From a virus, in the IMG/VR virus record IMGVR_UViG_3300028874_000010, positions 1-64,000 of that record: a DNA stretch of 64,000 bases. One strand, given 5' to 3'. Positions 37,871-47,950 of the stretch are shown one piece after another. The notes below the pieces were generated by a model, which was not told where the DNA came from, did no database searches, and saw nothing but the letters and a program-made list of their open reading frames with translations. A program made the position numbers and the translations under genes. Numbering within the stretch: position 1 is the first letter of the stretch; each line of letters opens with the position of its first letter.

Positions 37871-38801
37871 CTACCAGTTTAGGAATTCCGTTGATTAAAC
37901 GGAATAGATTTGTTTTATCAAACTTTGGTAAAGCTTCAGCAAAAGCTTTCCAAATATCCTGGTTCTCATTAGTTCGACCCCAGTTTTTAGTAATATCTAA
38001 ATTCTGAGATTTTGCCATCACCTCTAGTTCTTCACAAATCAATTCCCAATGCTCAATGAACTTTGGTGTATTAGAAGTAGCACAATGAGCCAAGAAAAAA
38101 GCTGTCGCGAATAAAACCACTGAAGCCATTTCATTTATAGGCAGCTCTAGGGTCCGGAGTTCGATTCCTATGACCTTACCAAGTTGAAGAGGTATAACAT
38201 CATCAGACCATCGTTCGCGCAATCCGGCGCGCCCCTTACGTCCCCAGGACATAACTTTTTTAGAGTTTAATACTTCACTAATTCGTCTAGGAGAAGTAAA
38301 TCCAATGACTTCTAGAGCCATGAGAATCATCCCGGCTTTTTTGCCAAGCCCAAGACCGCCAAGTGTGATATGAAGCGAATGCTTATGATTCGTTGGAATA
38401 GCACCAATTCGGCGAAGTAGTTCGACTTCATACGCGAGGACCGCGGGGTTGTAGCATGGTTCAAACGCAAACTCGTAGTACTTGTCCTTGCCTTTTGGGA
38501 TTCCGCATTGCTCAGTAAGCTTCAAACGTGGAGTTAAATGCTCCTCTTCCCTAGAACAATGGTTCGTCAAAAGCTGTTTTGATCTATCCGATAGTTCAGA
38601 GTAAGGAGTATTCTTCAAATAGACTTCATACAAATGTGGAAAATAATGACGCCACCGAACTTCAACCTCTGCACCAATAGTGACACAATCACTTTCAGTA
38701 TAGAGGTCTTCGATGTATTGCATTTGGGTAATATTCTGTTCTGGAATTTCACCAAGCTCTGGAAAGGCATTGAACAGGTTGCGAATCGCGTCAGTTCTCA
38801 T
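37851..38801 (-). CDS. putative amidoligase (COOH-NH2 ligase fold)
   Basis: IGAEVEV, YEF..P, SLHIT, IELR; start reassigned to MRTDAI. Confidence 0.6.
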   Translation of the reverse strand: MRTDAIRNLFNAFPELGEIPEQNITQMQYIEDLYTESDCVTIGAEVEVRWRHYFPHLYEVYLKNTPYSELSDRSKQLLTNHCSREEEHLTPRLKLTEQCGIPKGKDKYYEFAFEPCYNPAVLAYEVELLRRIGAIPTNHKHSLHITLGGLGLGKKAGMILMALEVIGFTSPRRISEVLNSKKVMSWGRKGRAGLRERWSDDVIPLQLGKVIGIELRTLELPINEMASVVLFATAFFLAHCATSNTPKFIEHWELICEELEVMAKSQNLDITKNWGRTNENQDIWKAFAEALPKFDKTNLFRLINGIPKLVDEYDTQ

Positions 38802-38811
38802 TATATATGTT

Positions 38812-40695
38812 CTAGTCGAAGATGAAATCTTCCCATTGTTTAAGGAATGGATATGATTGTTTTGAAGTGCCAAGCTTGATATACTCAACAGACAGTTCAA
38901 TGAATTCCTTCTGCGTTGCAGAATTTGTTTTGATAAGCATGTTTACAACATGACCAAAATATGTAGAATTATCACTGAGCAGTTTTTTAGCTCTTGCTAA
39001 TTCACGAGTTATGATATTGGTGATAGCAATATCCGATTCTTGGATTGATGTCACCCAATTAATAGGGAGTCCAGCCGATCCGTCAATTAAAACCGGAACA
39101 TTATTTTCAAATCCAAATCGTCTAACATAATTGCTGGATAGATTTGTTGCTTGGACAATATCCGATTGTGCCCCACTTGTTATATTTTCTTTGCCATAGA
39201 TTAATTCTTCCGCAGCTCGACCAGCTAACATAATACAAATAGAATCAAGGCATTGTAATTTAGTTTCTGCTTCATCTGAAGGCGCATCAAGAATATACCC
39301 ACCTTTAAATTGAGATGTATTAACCTTTACTTCGAAAGGTGCCGATTTAGTCAATAGAGAATATATCACAGCATGTCCACTTTCATGAACAGCAACTAGA
39401 GCTTTGAAATCAGCTGAAGTTTTTTTCTTGTTCTCATTCATTTCCAATTCGACTGGAAATGATGCCGAAGAATTAAAACCATTAACTACTATATGTTTTT
39501 CATCATCATGCATGAAAAGAGATAAACTCTTTTCATCATTCTCTATAGCCCAAAATGTTGCGTTAACCAGCAGATTACTGAAAATTTTGTGGATAGATGA
39601 AAATACTGGCCGAGTTCCTTGTGTCGGGAAGACCGCATTGTTATAAATCTCATCTAATATTTTTTGATCTAATGTAAAGGATATATCCGACACTTTAGAC
39701 ATTTCATCAGTGTACTTAAGACATGTTGCTTTGATCAGCTTTTGATACGACGATTTACTCATAGACGGGTAGATAATATGATTATTGCCCATGCGAGAAA
39801 TCTGTTCTGGACGAAACCGTTCTTCTAGATTTGCCTTGATTTCATTGGATGTAATATTTTTGGTAACTTCATGATAATAATCAGCATCAGTATCAGAATC
39901 ATCTGTACTTGTCGCCCCAATAAAAGCAGTATCCAGATTACCAGAAATAAAGATAACTAATTTAGAATAATCAATTTCCCAAGTAGTTCGTGAGTCACAA
40001 AATTCATGGAACACTTTTGCTATTTTTGAGGTAGACCAAGACAGAATTTCACTAATTGGTTCCTGTAGGCGCAGAAGTTTCTTTAGATTTTTTGCTTCAT
40101 ACGGATATAGCGATGTTTTTTTCTTTGGTTTGCTATCCTCATCTTCATCAGACTCATTAAGAAATTTGCCATCATCATAATCTTGCTGTGCAATCAGCAT
40201 TTCAATTTCATCAAAAACTGATGAATCAGATGAAAACTTACCATCACTTAAAAGAGTCCAGACATCTTGGTATCGTTCAACCGCAACATCTGCATCATTA
40301 TCATCAACAGTCCGGTAACGTTGGATTTCATCTAACAACAAAATACCTGGTGTGCCTTCATCAATAGATGATTGCAAAAGAACAGATGAAATCGTAGTAG
40401 GTCCATATGCTTTAATAGACCCACCATCCATTTGTATTTCTACAAACTTGGTATTAAAATCCAGTAGTGATACGATACGCCGGACTAATTGGGTTTTGCC
40501 AACACCAGTCATACCCCAAAGATTAATGATCACTGGGCGAGTAATAATTTCTGGGAAAATATACCAAGCTGAAAGAGAGTCAACAATCTTTTCAATGATT
40601 TCATCCAAACCAAAAAATTCTGTTTTCAGCTGAATTTTAACTCGGTCTAAAACTTCACGCTTTGCGGTGATTAAACTTTTATCTAACGGCATCAA
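38812..40695 (-). CDS. AAA+ ATPase fused to peptidase M41 (soluble FtsH-like)
   Basis: GMTGVGKT, LLLDE, HESGH, LAGRAAE, GAQSD. Confidence 0.85.
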   Translation of the reverse strand: MMPLDKSLITAKREVLDRVKIQLKTEFFGLDEIIEKIVDSLSAWYIFPEIITRPVIINLWGMTGVGKTQLVRRIVSLLDFNTKFVEIQMDGGSIKAYGPTTISSVLLQSSIDEGTPGILLLDEIQRYRTVDDNDADVAVERYQDVWTLLSDGKFSSDSSVFDEIEMLIAQQDYDDGKFLNESDEDEDSKPKKKTSLYPYEAKNLKKLLRLQEPISEILSWSTSKIAKVFHEFCDSRTTWEIDYSKLVIFISGNLDTAFIGATSTDDSDTDADYYHEVTKNITSNEIKANLEERFRPEQISRMGNNHIIYPSMSKSSYQKLIKATCLKYTDEMSKVSDISFTLDQKILDEIYNNAVFPTQGTRPVFSSIHKIFSNLLVNATFWAIENDEKSLSLFMHDDEKHIVVNGFNSSASFPVELEMNENKKKTSADFKALVAVHESGHAVIYSLLTKSAPFEVKVNTSQFKGGYILDAPSDEAETKLQCLDSICIMLAGRAAEELIYGKENITSGAQSDIVQATNLSSNYVRRFGFENNVPVLIDGSAGLPINWVTSIQESDIAITNIITRELARAKKLLSDNSTYFGHVVNMLIKTNSATQKEFIELSVEYIKLGTSKQSYPFLKQWEDFIFD

Positions 40696-40939
40696 ATATC
40701 TCGGTTGAGGCGTTTCATTAGTCCAGCCATTTTAGTTTTCCTTCTATTTGAAGATAAGTGTATCGTTATACGTATTGCTCATATGACTTCCAAATTCTTG
40801 ATTATATGATTCATAGCCCATGAGATTTTGCAAATCGCATCGTAATAAATGCCTTGACGGATCAAAGCATTTACGAAATCCTTTTTCTTTTCTTCGATGA
40901 ACTTCAATTGATCTTTCGTTACAATATTCTTAGGCGTAG

Positions 40940-41812
40940 TCATTTATTCCACCCTAACTTCAGAGAAAGTTTCTCGAAGTAATTCCAATCAGCATAGTGG
41001 AGTAAAGTAACTTTCTTTTCATGTCTGGTAATAGTGATTCGTGTATCATCACCTCTCAACCTAGCAATCTCTTGTCCATCTGCTTTACATGAGACCTCAC
41101 GTCCTTTCTTGTTATGGACATCAATTGTAATTGCACTTTTACCAGATACGATAATCGGACGTGATGCCATAGTCAATGGAGCAACTGGAACAATTTCCAT
41201 GACATCTAGATCTGGCTCAATAATACTACCTCCAACCATCAGGGCGTAGGCAGTGGACCCGGTAGGTGTCGCCACTATGACACTATTAGCCTTATGTTTA
41301 CCGGCTGCTGAGGCCCCTATTTGCAAGTCATAATTTATAATTGAGTCGGAATATAAATCAGAAATAACGAAATCATTTAGTGCAAGATATTCATTACCGT
41401 TGAACTCAACGCTGAGCAATGTCCTATAATCTTTTTTAAATATTTCTTCTTGTTGAACACTGCTGGTGTAGATGAACAGTGAGTCAAACAAAATATCTAA
41501 TGTTTCTTCGGTTGCTGTCAAGTCAGTTAAAAATCCAACCTGGCCTAAGTTAACACCCAAAATAGGTAGGTTTAATTCTAGAGCTGATTTTGCCGCATAG
41601 AGAACAGTCCCATCTCCACCAACAGGAACAACAAGAGTTCTATCATCGGCTTCTTCATATGATTCAATGATTTTAATTTCTAACCATTCTGATCCAAACT
41701 GCGGATTATTTTGACGTAAAGCTAAATGCTTTTTAGCAAATGCTATAAGGCAATTTGCTAAACCGACGTTCGCTCCACCGATCTTCGGAATAAACAGAAT
41801 CTTGTTGTACAT
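40940..41812 (-). CDS. nadK: NAD+ kinase
   Basis: GGDGT, GQVGFLT, ALND, TPTGSTAY. Confidence 0.92.
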   Translation of the reverse strand: MYNKILFIPKIGGANVGLANCLIAFAKKHLALRQNNPQFGSEWLEIKIIESYEEADDRTLVVPVGGDGTVLYAAKSALELNLPILGVNLGQVGFLTDLTATEETLDILFDSLFIYTSSVQQEEIFKKDYRTLLSVEFNGNEYLALNDFVISDLYSDSIINYDLQIGASAAGKHKANSVIVATPTGSTAYALMVGGSIIEPDLDVMEIVPVAPLTMASRPIIVSGKSAITIDVHNKKGREVSCKADGQEIARLRGDDTRITITRHEKKVTLLHYADWNYFEKLSLKLGWNK

Positions 41813-41815
41813 TAC

Positions 41816-42139
41816 TTAACCTTTGTATTCTGTGATCAACTTAATAAGCTGGCCTTTGGATTGACCGCCAATTGCTCTATTGACAACTTGTCCAGCCCGG
41901 AAAAAAAGTAGAGTTGGGACAGCACGAACCTGATACTCACTAGCTAATTCAAAATCCTCATCAATATCAAGCTTGACTACGAGCATAGTACTGATATTTT
42001 CTGTTGCAACCTGTTCAAGTGTTGGGGCCATTGACTTACATGGCCCACACCAAGGAGCAGAAAAGTTAACCAATACGAACTCATTCATTTTGAGAATTTC
42101 TGCTAATTCACTACCTTTGATTTGTGTAACAGCTGACAT
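41816..42139 (-). CDS. trxA: thioredoxin
   Basis: WCGPC. Confidence 0.95.
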   Translation of the reverse strand: MSAVTQIKGSELAEILKMNEFVLVNFSAPWCGPCKSMAPTLEQVATENISTMLVVKLDIDEDFELASEYQVRAVPTLLFFRAGQVVNRAIGGQSKGQLIKLITEYKG

Positions 42140-42251
42140 TTAAAAGTTTCCTTATTATTTTTTATTGTGGCTTATAAAACATTATCAAAAATGCCACTCA
42201 CCGGACGCCAGCCGACAAGTGGTAAATGTGTTGGCTGGCGCGCTTATAAGC

Positions 42252-43778
42252 TTACTGATTTGCCCGAATTCGAATGTCAGCAAGATTATAATCAACCAAG
42301 TTCTGTCCATTGACCCATACAGTTTCCAAAGCCTCAGTATGGTTTTCGTCAAGGTCTTCGATTCGGATGGTTTGATATTCACCTAAAAGATTCTTAGCAA
42401 CGGTCAAACGTCCTTTCTTACTTCTTTTCCCTTGATCAGTGATTGGATCCTTAAACACATCGACATACACACCGTTGATCTTTGCTGCACATGTCTTCAT
42501 TGCGAATTTCAAATCATCGCGGTTGACCATCTGAAGCAATCCACCACCTTGACCGAAGACAAGATTTTCAACGCTGTATCCAGCTTCCATCACTGCAATC
42601 AGGATACGTTCGAAGTCTTCAGAAGTAGCAAGTCCATCACCTTGAAGAATACGAACCACGTTAAGAACCTTGAAGCCCTTGTTATTGATCACAACGCCAT
42701 AATGTTCTGCGAACATATCAAGCAACGTCAGGATCACCGAAACTGGATCACCAGAATCAGGACGAACAACAAGATTGATTCCTGAATCAAGGATTTCCTG
42801 CTTCAACGTCGTGCAATAATGCATTGCAAGTTCGAAGATGTTATACCCGTCTGACACGATCGAGACGATGGTGCCTGGCGCTTTATTGTACGTACGAATC
42901 AAGTCACGTACGGTTTGCAATTCACCAGATTTGCCGCGCATCGTCATGATGCTGTGTTCTGTCGCAAAGACACTGAAAGCGGCCATCGCTTCGTTGTAAT
43001 ACACATTAGCATACAACACGCCGGTGATCGTATCCGATCCCATTGCACCAGTAGCCAAGTGAGCAAAGTCACCGATCCCAGCACTTTCTCGGCTTGACAC
43101 ACCGCGAGCACCGAAATCGTGATACATGAAAGCGATTGCTGATTCGATATCAAGATCGCTAGTCAAAGCCAAATACTTCTTGATGATGTTCCGGTTCTTC
43201 ATGCTACGAGTCGCGACAGTTACTGGATACCAAATCGCACGAAGCAAAGTGGTTTCGAAGTACGCTGCCATCCACGCAAGTTCTGGGTCCGTGCATTCGA
43301 TGGTGACTAGTGCGTTTTGAGAAGGAATCACTGTGCCCTCTGGGAGCGCCCTGATGATCAGAGGAGGATATCCTCCATAGACATTGACAACCTTTTCCCA
43401 ATCAGCACGCGGAAACATTTCACGACCACCAACGATATGAGCAGCGAAGAATTCTTCGGCTTGATCAATCATTGCATGAGTGATAGGCTTGAAACGCTTG
43501 CGCCAAAGTTGAAGACCGACGAAGAGAATCTTTTCGCCTTCAATGCGTGGTTCGATATAGGAAAATGCTGAAGTCACACCGAGAACTTTGTACATCGCTT
43601 GGTGACAAAGCTTATACGAATCTGTATCAAGGATTTCGTTATCTTCTGGGCGAGCAATGGTCCGAGGATCACCAAGTAGTTCCAGTTCTGCCCAAAGAGC
43701 AGCACGACGAAGAGCGATTGATTCGAAAGTCAGAGTGGTAGCATCAGCCACTTGATTAGTGTTAGGATACATATCCAT
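42252..43778 (-). CDS. nadV: nicotinamide phosphoribosyltransferase
   Basis: DTDSYK, HDFGARG, ATEHS, RPDSGDP, QGDG, GGGLLQ, KRSKKG. Confidence 0.95.
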   Translation of the reverse strand: MDMYPNTNQVADATTLTFESIALRRAALWAELELLGDPRTIARPEDNEILDTDSYKLCHQAMYKVLGVTSAFSYIEPRIEGEKILFVGLQLWRKRFKPITHAMIDQAEEFFAAHIVGGREMFPRADWEKVVNVYGGYPPLIIRALPEGTVIPSQNALVTIECTDPELAWMAAYFETTLLRAIWYPVTVATRSMKNRNIIKKYLALTSDLDIESAIAFMYHDFGARGVSSRESAGIGDFAHLATGAMGSDTITGVLYANVYYNEAMAAFSVFATEHSIMTMRGKSGELQTVRDLIRTYNKAPGTIVSIVSDGYNIFELAMHYCTTLKQEILDSGINLVVRPDSGDPVSVILTLLDMFAEHYGVVINNKGFKVLNVVRILQGDGLATSEDFERILIAVMEAGYSVENLVFGQGGGLLQMVNRDDLKFAMKTCAAKINGVYVDVFKDPITDQGKRSKKGRLTVAKNLLGEYQTIRIEDLDENHTEALETVWVNGQNLVDYNLADIRIRANQ

Positions 43779-43846
43779 TTTAAATCACCTTTAATATTAG
43801 ATTATTTTAGTTGAAGCATGGTCAACCCATGCCGATTTGCTACTAT

Positions 43847-44959
43847 TTAGAAATTGCCACGATCAATAAAATATGTCGCGATATGGAAATGATCGGCAAA
43901 CATGATCATTTCCATCTTACGAAATTCTGCAAAAGTGAACCATCGTGCTTGTCTAGCGTCATCCATTCCTTTGACCTTTGGCAATCCTTTGCCATGTTGC
44001 TCGAGAGGGATATAGGCTGCTTCTGTAATATATCGACCACGAAGATCTCGATCTGGATGCATAAAGATTTTCTGCTCTTTAACTCGAGCACGAAGAACTG
44101 ATTCCATTATATCAAGTTGCGTTTCTTCTACCAATTCACGAATCCCGCAATCCAGAAATGTCATATCAATCTTGATATTTTTTGCAGGGTTTGCTTTAAG
44201 ATTCATATGACCACCCGGTAAAGCCCATAGATCCATCCCTGGCGCTTTATCACGTTGAATCAAAAGAATATGTCCAGACTGGGTGACAACAGTGTCGCCT
44301 GCGACGAATGGGACATCATAGGGAGCAAATGCCCAATCTCGTGCATGGCTGTCAAGATATTTTTGTTCATTGAGTACATAGGCATATCCTTCACTGGACT
44401 CGAACTCTTTTAGATATTGGAAAACATTTTGCGGGACATATAAAGGTGCACCGGCCATGAAGTGCCGCTTGAAATAAGCTTCACGTAGATCAGTTGCATT
44501 GATTGTTTCTTTTGCCGGAGATTCAATGTGGCCAAATTGAGGAAACTTATTCAGATAGTACGAAGTATGATCTTTCGTATACCCAATTAACGAAACTCGT
44601 TTGGCACCATTCCGGTTCTTGTTGATAGCACGTTGAACACCTTCGATCCAACCATCTTCATTGTAAGGCCTATCACGAAGAGGTTCGAACGAAACACGAT
44701 CTAATTCTTCTCGTGTGAGCGAGCCCTGAATCATCTGGATCCGTTCTTGATAAGACCATGGATTTTTAGGTGTACGTGGTTGATTGGCACTACCGATGAG
44801 AATGACAAGCCGTTCTGCTAGTTTAAGTGCTTCTTTGATAGTCAGTTCATGGCCAAGATGATATGGCTGAAACCGCCCGATATATGATAATAAATCGTAT
44901 TGCATATAGGACATCCCTATTATTTTTATGTTGATGAAAGTTGTTGAGACGAAATCCAC
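43847..44959 (-). CDS. bifunctional NMN adenylyltransferase / Nudix hydrolase (NadM-Nudix, NatV-like); true start probably ~44914-44905
   Basis: GRFQPYHLGH, KNPW, ALPGG...RELVEET, DDA. Confidence 0.93.
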   Translation of the reverse strand: MDFVSTTFINIKIIGMSYMQYDLLSYIGRFQPYHLGHELTIKEALKLAERLVILIGSANQPRTPKNPWSYQERIQMIQGSLTREELDRVSFEPLRDRPYNEDGWIEGVQRAINKNRNGAKRVSLIGYTKDHTSYYLNKFPQFGHIESPAKETINATDLREAYFKRHFMAGAPLYVPQNVFQYLKEFESSEGYAYVLNEQKYLDSHARDWAFAPYDVPFVAGDTVVTQSGHILLIQRDKAPGMDLWALPGGHMNLKANPAKNIKIDMTFLDCGIRELVEETQLDIMESVLRARVKEQKIFMHPDRDLRGRYITEAAYIPLEQHGKGLPKVKGMDDARQARWFTFAEFRKMEMIMFADHFHIATYFIDRGNF

Positions 44960-45045
44960 TTTCGTCTTTTTGCTACAAAAGTATTTATATGAGAATTATA
45001 TCGGATTGTTTACTACGCGTACCTAGAATTATTATATTTGCACGC

Positions 45046-45075
45046 AAAAAAAGATCCCATATAGGGATCTTTTTT
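45046..45075 (-). terminator. intrinsic terminator
   Basis: AAAAAAGATCCC-N5-GGGATCTTTTTT. Confidence 0.8.
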
Positions 45076-45121
45076 ATTTGGAGTAGGACTTTGTCCTACT
45101 CCATTGCCGCCGGTGTTGAAA

Positions 45122-45757
45122 TTATGCAGTGACCATGCGGTTCTTGAACTCGTCGGCTGGAACATTGCGAATTTCTTCGGTGCCGACATTTTGCAAGACC
45201 ACATCATGAGCACGTCCTTTCAGGCCGAGAACTTTGAATGAACCGGTTTCGCCGGCCAATTGGACTTCCTTGTTCAACAGACTTTGCTTGATCCCGACGA
45301 GCTTATGGAACTGAGCAAACCGCGCTGCTTCACGAGTTGCACCAGCAGCGCCACGGATCGCCTTAGCAACACCAGCTACGGTCCCGGAAATATGGAAACT
45401 CAGGCCGGAACCTTGGCGGGTGACTCGCGGCGTAACCGCGTCGAAGTTCAGGTCATTCTTGGCGCCGAGTTCTTTCATGAACGCAGTGATTTCACGTTGG
45501 ACACGCTTCGTCACGGATTCCTTTATCGTCGGCAACGGGACCTTCGGAGTCCGAATGTTTGTATTCGACTCGATCTGTTCTTGACGGGCCTTGGCAAGAG
45601 CGATCTTTTCGGATGCCGTCTTGAGTTGAGCTTCAAGGCGTTCCTTACGGAGCTGAGCCTTGGCGGCCAATTTTTGTTGGCGTTCAAGACGAGTGGCCTT
45701 CACTTCTTCAGACGTACGACGGACCGTGGTACCTTCGTTGACATTGACATTCGACAT
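45122..45757 (-). CDS. basic hypothetical protein, probably highly expressed early gene
   Basis: Strong AAGGAG SD, GC-richer codons, structured leader, own promoter and terminator. Confidence 0.7.
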   Translation of the reverse strand: MSNVNVNEGTTVRRTSEEVKATRLERQQKLAAKAQLRKERLEAQLKTASEKIALAKARQEQIESNTNIRTPKVPLPTIKESVTKRVQREITAFMKELGAKNDLNFDAVTPRVTRQGSGLSFHISGTVAGVAKAIRGAAGATREAARFAQFHKLVGIKQSLLNKEVQLAGETGSFKVLGLKGRAHDVVLQNVGTEEIRNVPADEFKNRMVTA

Positions 45758-45951
45758 GATAAATCTCCTTGTAATTAACAATAAAGACTTTTAAAGGTCT
45801 TCCTTAACAAGCCGTGGAATCTCCAGACATACTGTCCTCGGTTTCAGATTCGTTCCAGCATGATAAGAATAGTAAAACAAAAAAACGCCCTTGTAAATAA
45901 ATATTTGCGATATTTCAAAACAAATATCCACAAAAATTCATCTAGAAGAGC

Positions 45952-45964
45952 TAAGCTATTGATT
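45952..45964. promoter_or_regulatory. IHF-consensus site
   Basis: Minus strand AATCAATAGCTTA matches WATCAANNNNTTR; 19/20 copy at 25510-25529. Confidence 0.4.
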
Positions 45965-46010
45965 TTAAACGACTTTTTTAATAATCTTTAATTGTTATAT
46001 TAAAGCGGAG

Positions 46011-46439
46011 TTAGTCTAAATCTTCTTCTTTCCTAATGACTTGGTCTGCTAACTGGACGATTTCTGCATGAAGTTCGCGGCCAAACTTGATGAATTCATC
46101 GCAAGTGAACCATGTTACTTCTGATGTTTCAAAGTGTGGTTCATCAAACGAAACACGGTCTTTGACTTTTGCTACATAGACTGTTGTTCGTCCTAGGAAG
46201 TTTCCTAGTTCTGTTAAGGACAGCATATTACTTTGACGGAGACCAAGCTCTTCTGCACTCTCTCTTAATACAGCTGTCCGGTGGTCTTCACCTTCTTCAA
46301 TGACACCTTTACATAATTGAAATTTATCGCCGCCATACATTGTATCAGATGGTTTCATAAACATCATGTATACTTCACCATTTTCTACAATGTACGGAAT
46401 CATTCCGGCCCGGTATTGAATATTTCTACCTTTGTACAT
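46011..46439 (-). CDS. Nudix hydrolase
   Basis: KGVIEEGEDHRTAVLRESAEELG. Confidence 0.88.
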   Translation of the reverse strand: MYKGRNIQYRAGMIPYIVENGEVYMMFMKPSDTMYGGDKFQLCKGVIEEGEDHRTAVLRESAEELGLRQSNMLSLTELGNFLGRTTVYVAKVKDRVSFDEPHFETSEVTWFTCDEFIKFGRELHAEIVQLADQVIRKEEDLD

Positions 46440-46745
46440 TATTTAAGTCCTTGTTTATTACGTATTATCCATAGAGTCTATTGTCATTATGACTGTAGCT
46501 TTCTTTAATCGTGTTGCCTCATCTGTGCCACCAGCTCCAAAATGTAATTCAAAGCTGATATCTTGTAACGGGATGCTAGTATTGGCTAATCCCGTCGTCT
46601 TGAATTTCTGCTGAACATAATGGGATATTATTTCTTTAACTTGTAAATCCTAATATTGATTTGACCATCATATTTTTCTATTACTTTAATTGTTGGAAAC
46701 CTTCTAAGCCAATTAGACTTAGAAGGTTTTATTACTTCACTGAGA

Positions 46746-47555
46746 TCAGATACCTGCAAACATGCTATCTGACATACGTTGGAACAAGTTCTTGATTCGT
46801 GAGAAGATATAATTCACGATTTTGCGAACTGGATCATTGATCATAGTCCAGACAAACGAGATTGGCCAGAATGCAATCCATTCAGTAATACTCGTCTTAT
46901 GTTTCGAAGCCATTGGCTTGATCGATTGACCAATCAACGAAGGATCAGCTAATGTATCATTTAAATTTAACTTATTATAACAACGAAGACCACTATTGCT
47001 TACGGCATAAATAAAATCAGTAAGCTTTCTAGCTACCTGTTCAAACTTAGCTAGTTCTTCATCATACAAAGCTTTAGCCTTATGATATTCGGAAGTTAGA
47101 GCACTATAATTTGGATCATCACGATCTGGCCGTACCGGCGGAACTGGAGCAATCATAGGCGCAGAAATATCGCTCAGCGATAATTTATTTTTATTCAAAT
47201 GGTTGGCTTTAAACTCTGTGAAGATTGTCCGAACATTGTTCAAATGAAAATACCACTTTGCAAATGACCATACAACACCAACAACAAAATATCCGCCAAT
47301 CGAAATGGCAGTTAGAACAAGATTTGCCTTCAGCGAAGAGAACTCAATCCCAAAGTGGATGATCCCAAGCGAGACAAGAATCACCGAACCAAGCGTAGCG
47401 AAGAACCAATTGCCACTATCATGAGCATTATTCAGATCAGTATCAATACTGAAAACAACAATGATAAGTGCAATGATCAGTGCTGCATAAAACACAAACG
47501 GAATGGCTAGAATTACATCTAGCCATAGAGCAAACGGAGTCAATAAAGAGAACAT
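46746..47555 (-). CDS. membrane protein
   Basis: 3-4 TM helices; WIAFWP. Confidence 0.7.
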   Translation of the reverse strand: MFSLLTPFALWLDVILAIPFVFYAALIIALIIVVFSIDTDLNNAHDSGNWFFATLGSVILVSLGIIHFGIEFSSLKANLVLTAISIGGYFVVGVVWSFAKWYFHLNNVRTIFTEFKANHLNKNKLSLSDISAPMIAPVPPVRPDRDDPNYSALTSEYHKAKALYDEELAKFEQVARKLTDFIYAVSNSGLRCYNKLNLNDTLADPSLIGQSIKPMASKHKTSITEWIAFWPISFVWTMINDPVRKIVNYIFSRIKNLFQRMSDSMFAGI

Positions 47556-47577
47556 ATGTTTTCCTACTGGAGTGGAA

Positions 47578-47877
47578 TTAAAAACGGATATCTAAATCCG
47601 GCCTAACAGTTCTAAGAATTTGAAGTGCATATACTTCAGCATTTCTAATATCAATACCATCAGACAACATAAAAATAAAAGTCCCAACAGATTCTCTCAT
47701 TTTAGCCAAATGAACTACATTATCAAAAAATGACCCAATCAATATCTCAATATCGGATATTTCTTCAGCCATCTTAATAATATTCATATGACACTTAGAA
47801 TGAACCAAGACATGTTTTTTACCATCAGACCATGATCGTAAAATCTGACTTAACTCATGCGGATTTTGTAGGGACAT
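47578..47877 (-). CDS. hypothetical protein
   Basis: ORF track. Confidence 0.5.
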   Translation of the reverse strand: MSLQNPHELSQILRSWSDGKKHVLVHSKCHMNIIKMAEEISDIEILIGSFFDNVVHLAKMRESVGTFIFMLSDGIDIRNAEVYALQILRTVRPDLDIRF

Positions 47878-47950
47878 ATTATATTTAATATCGTGTGTGT
47901 TTGATAATTATATGATGTCTCATACAACAAGTGTATTTTTTCTTCTGGAT

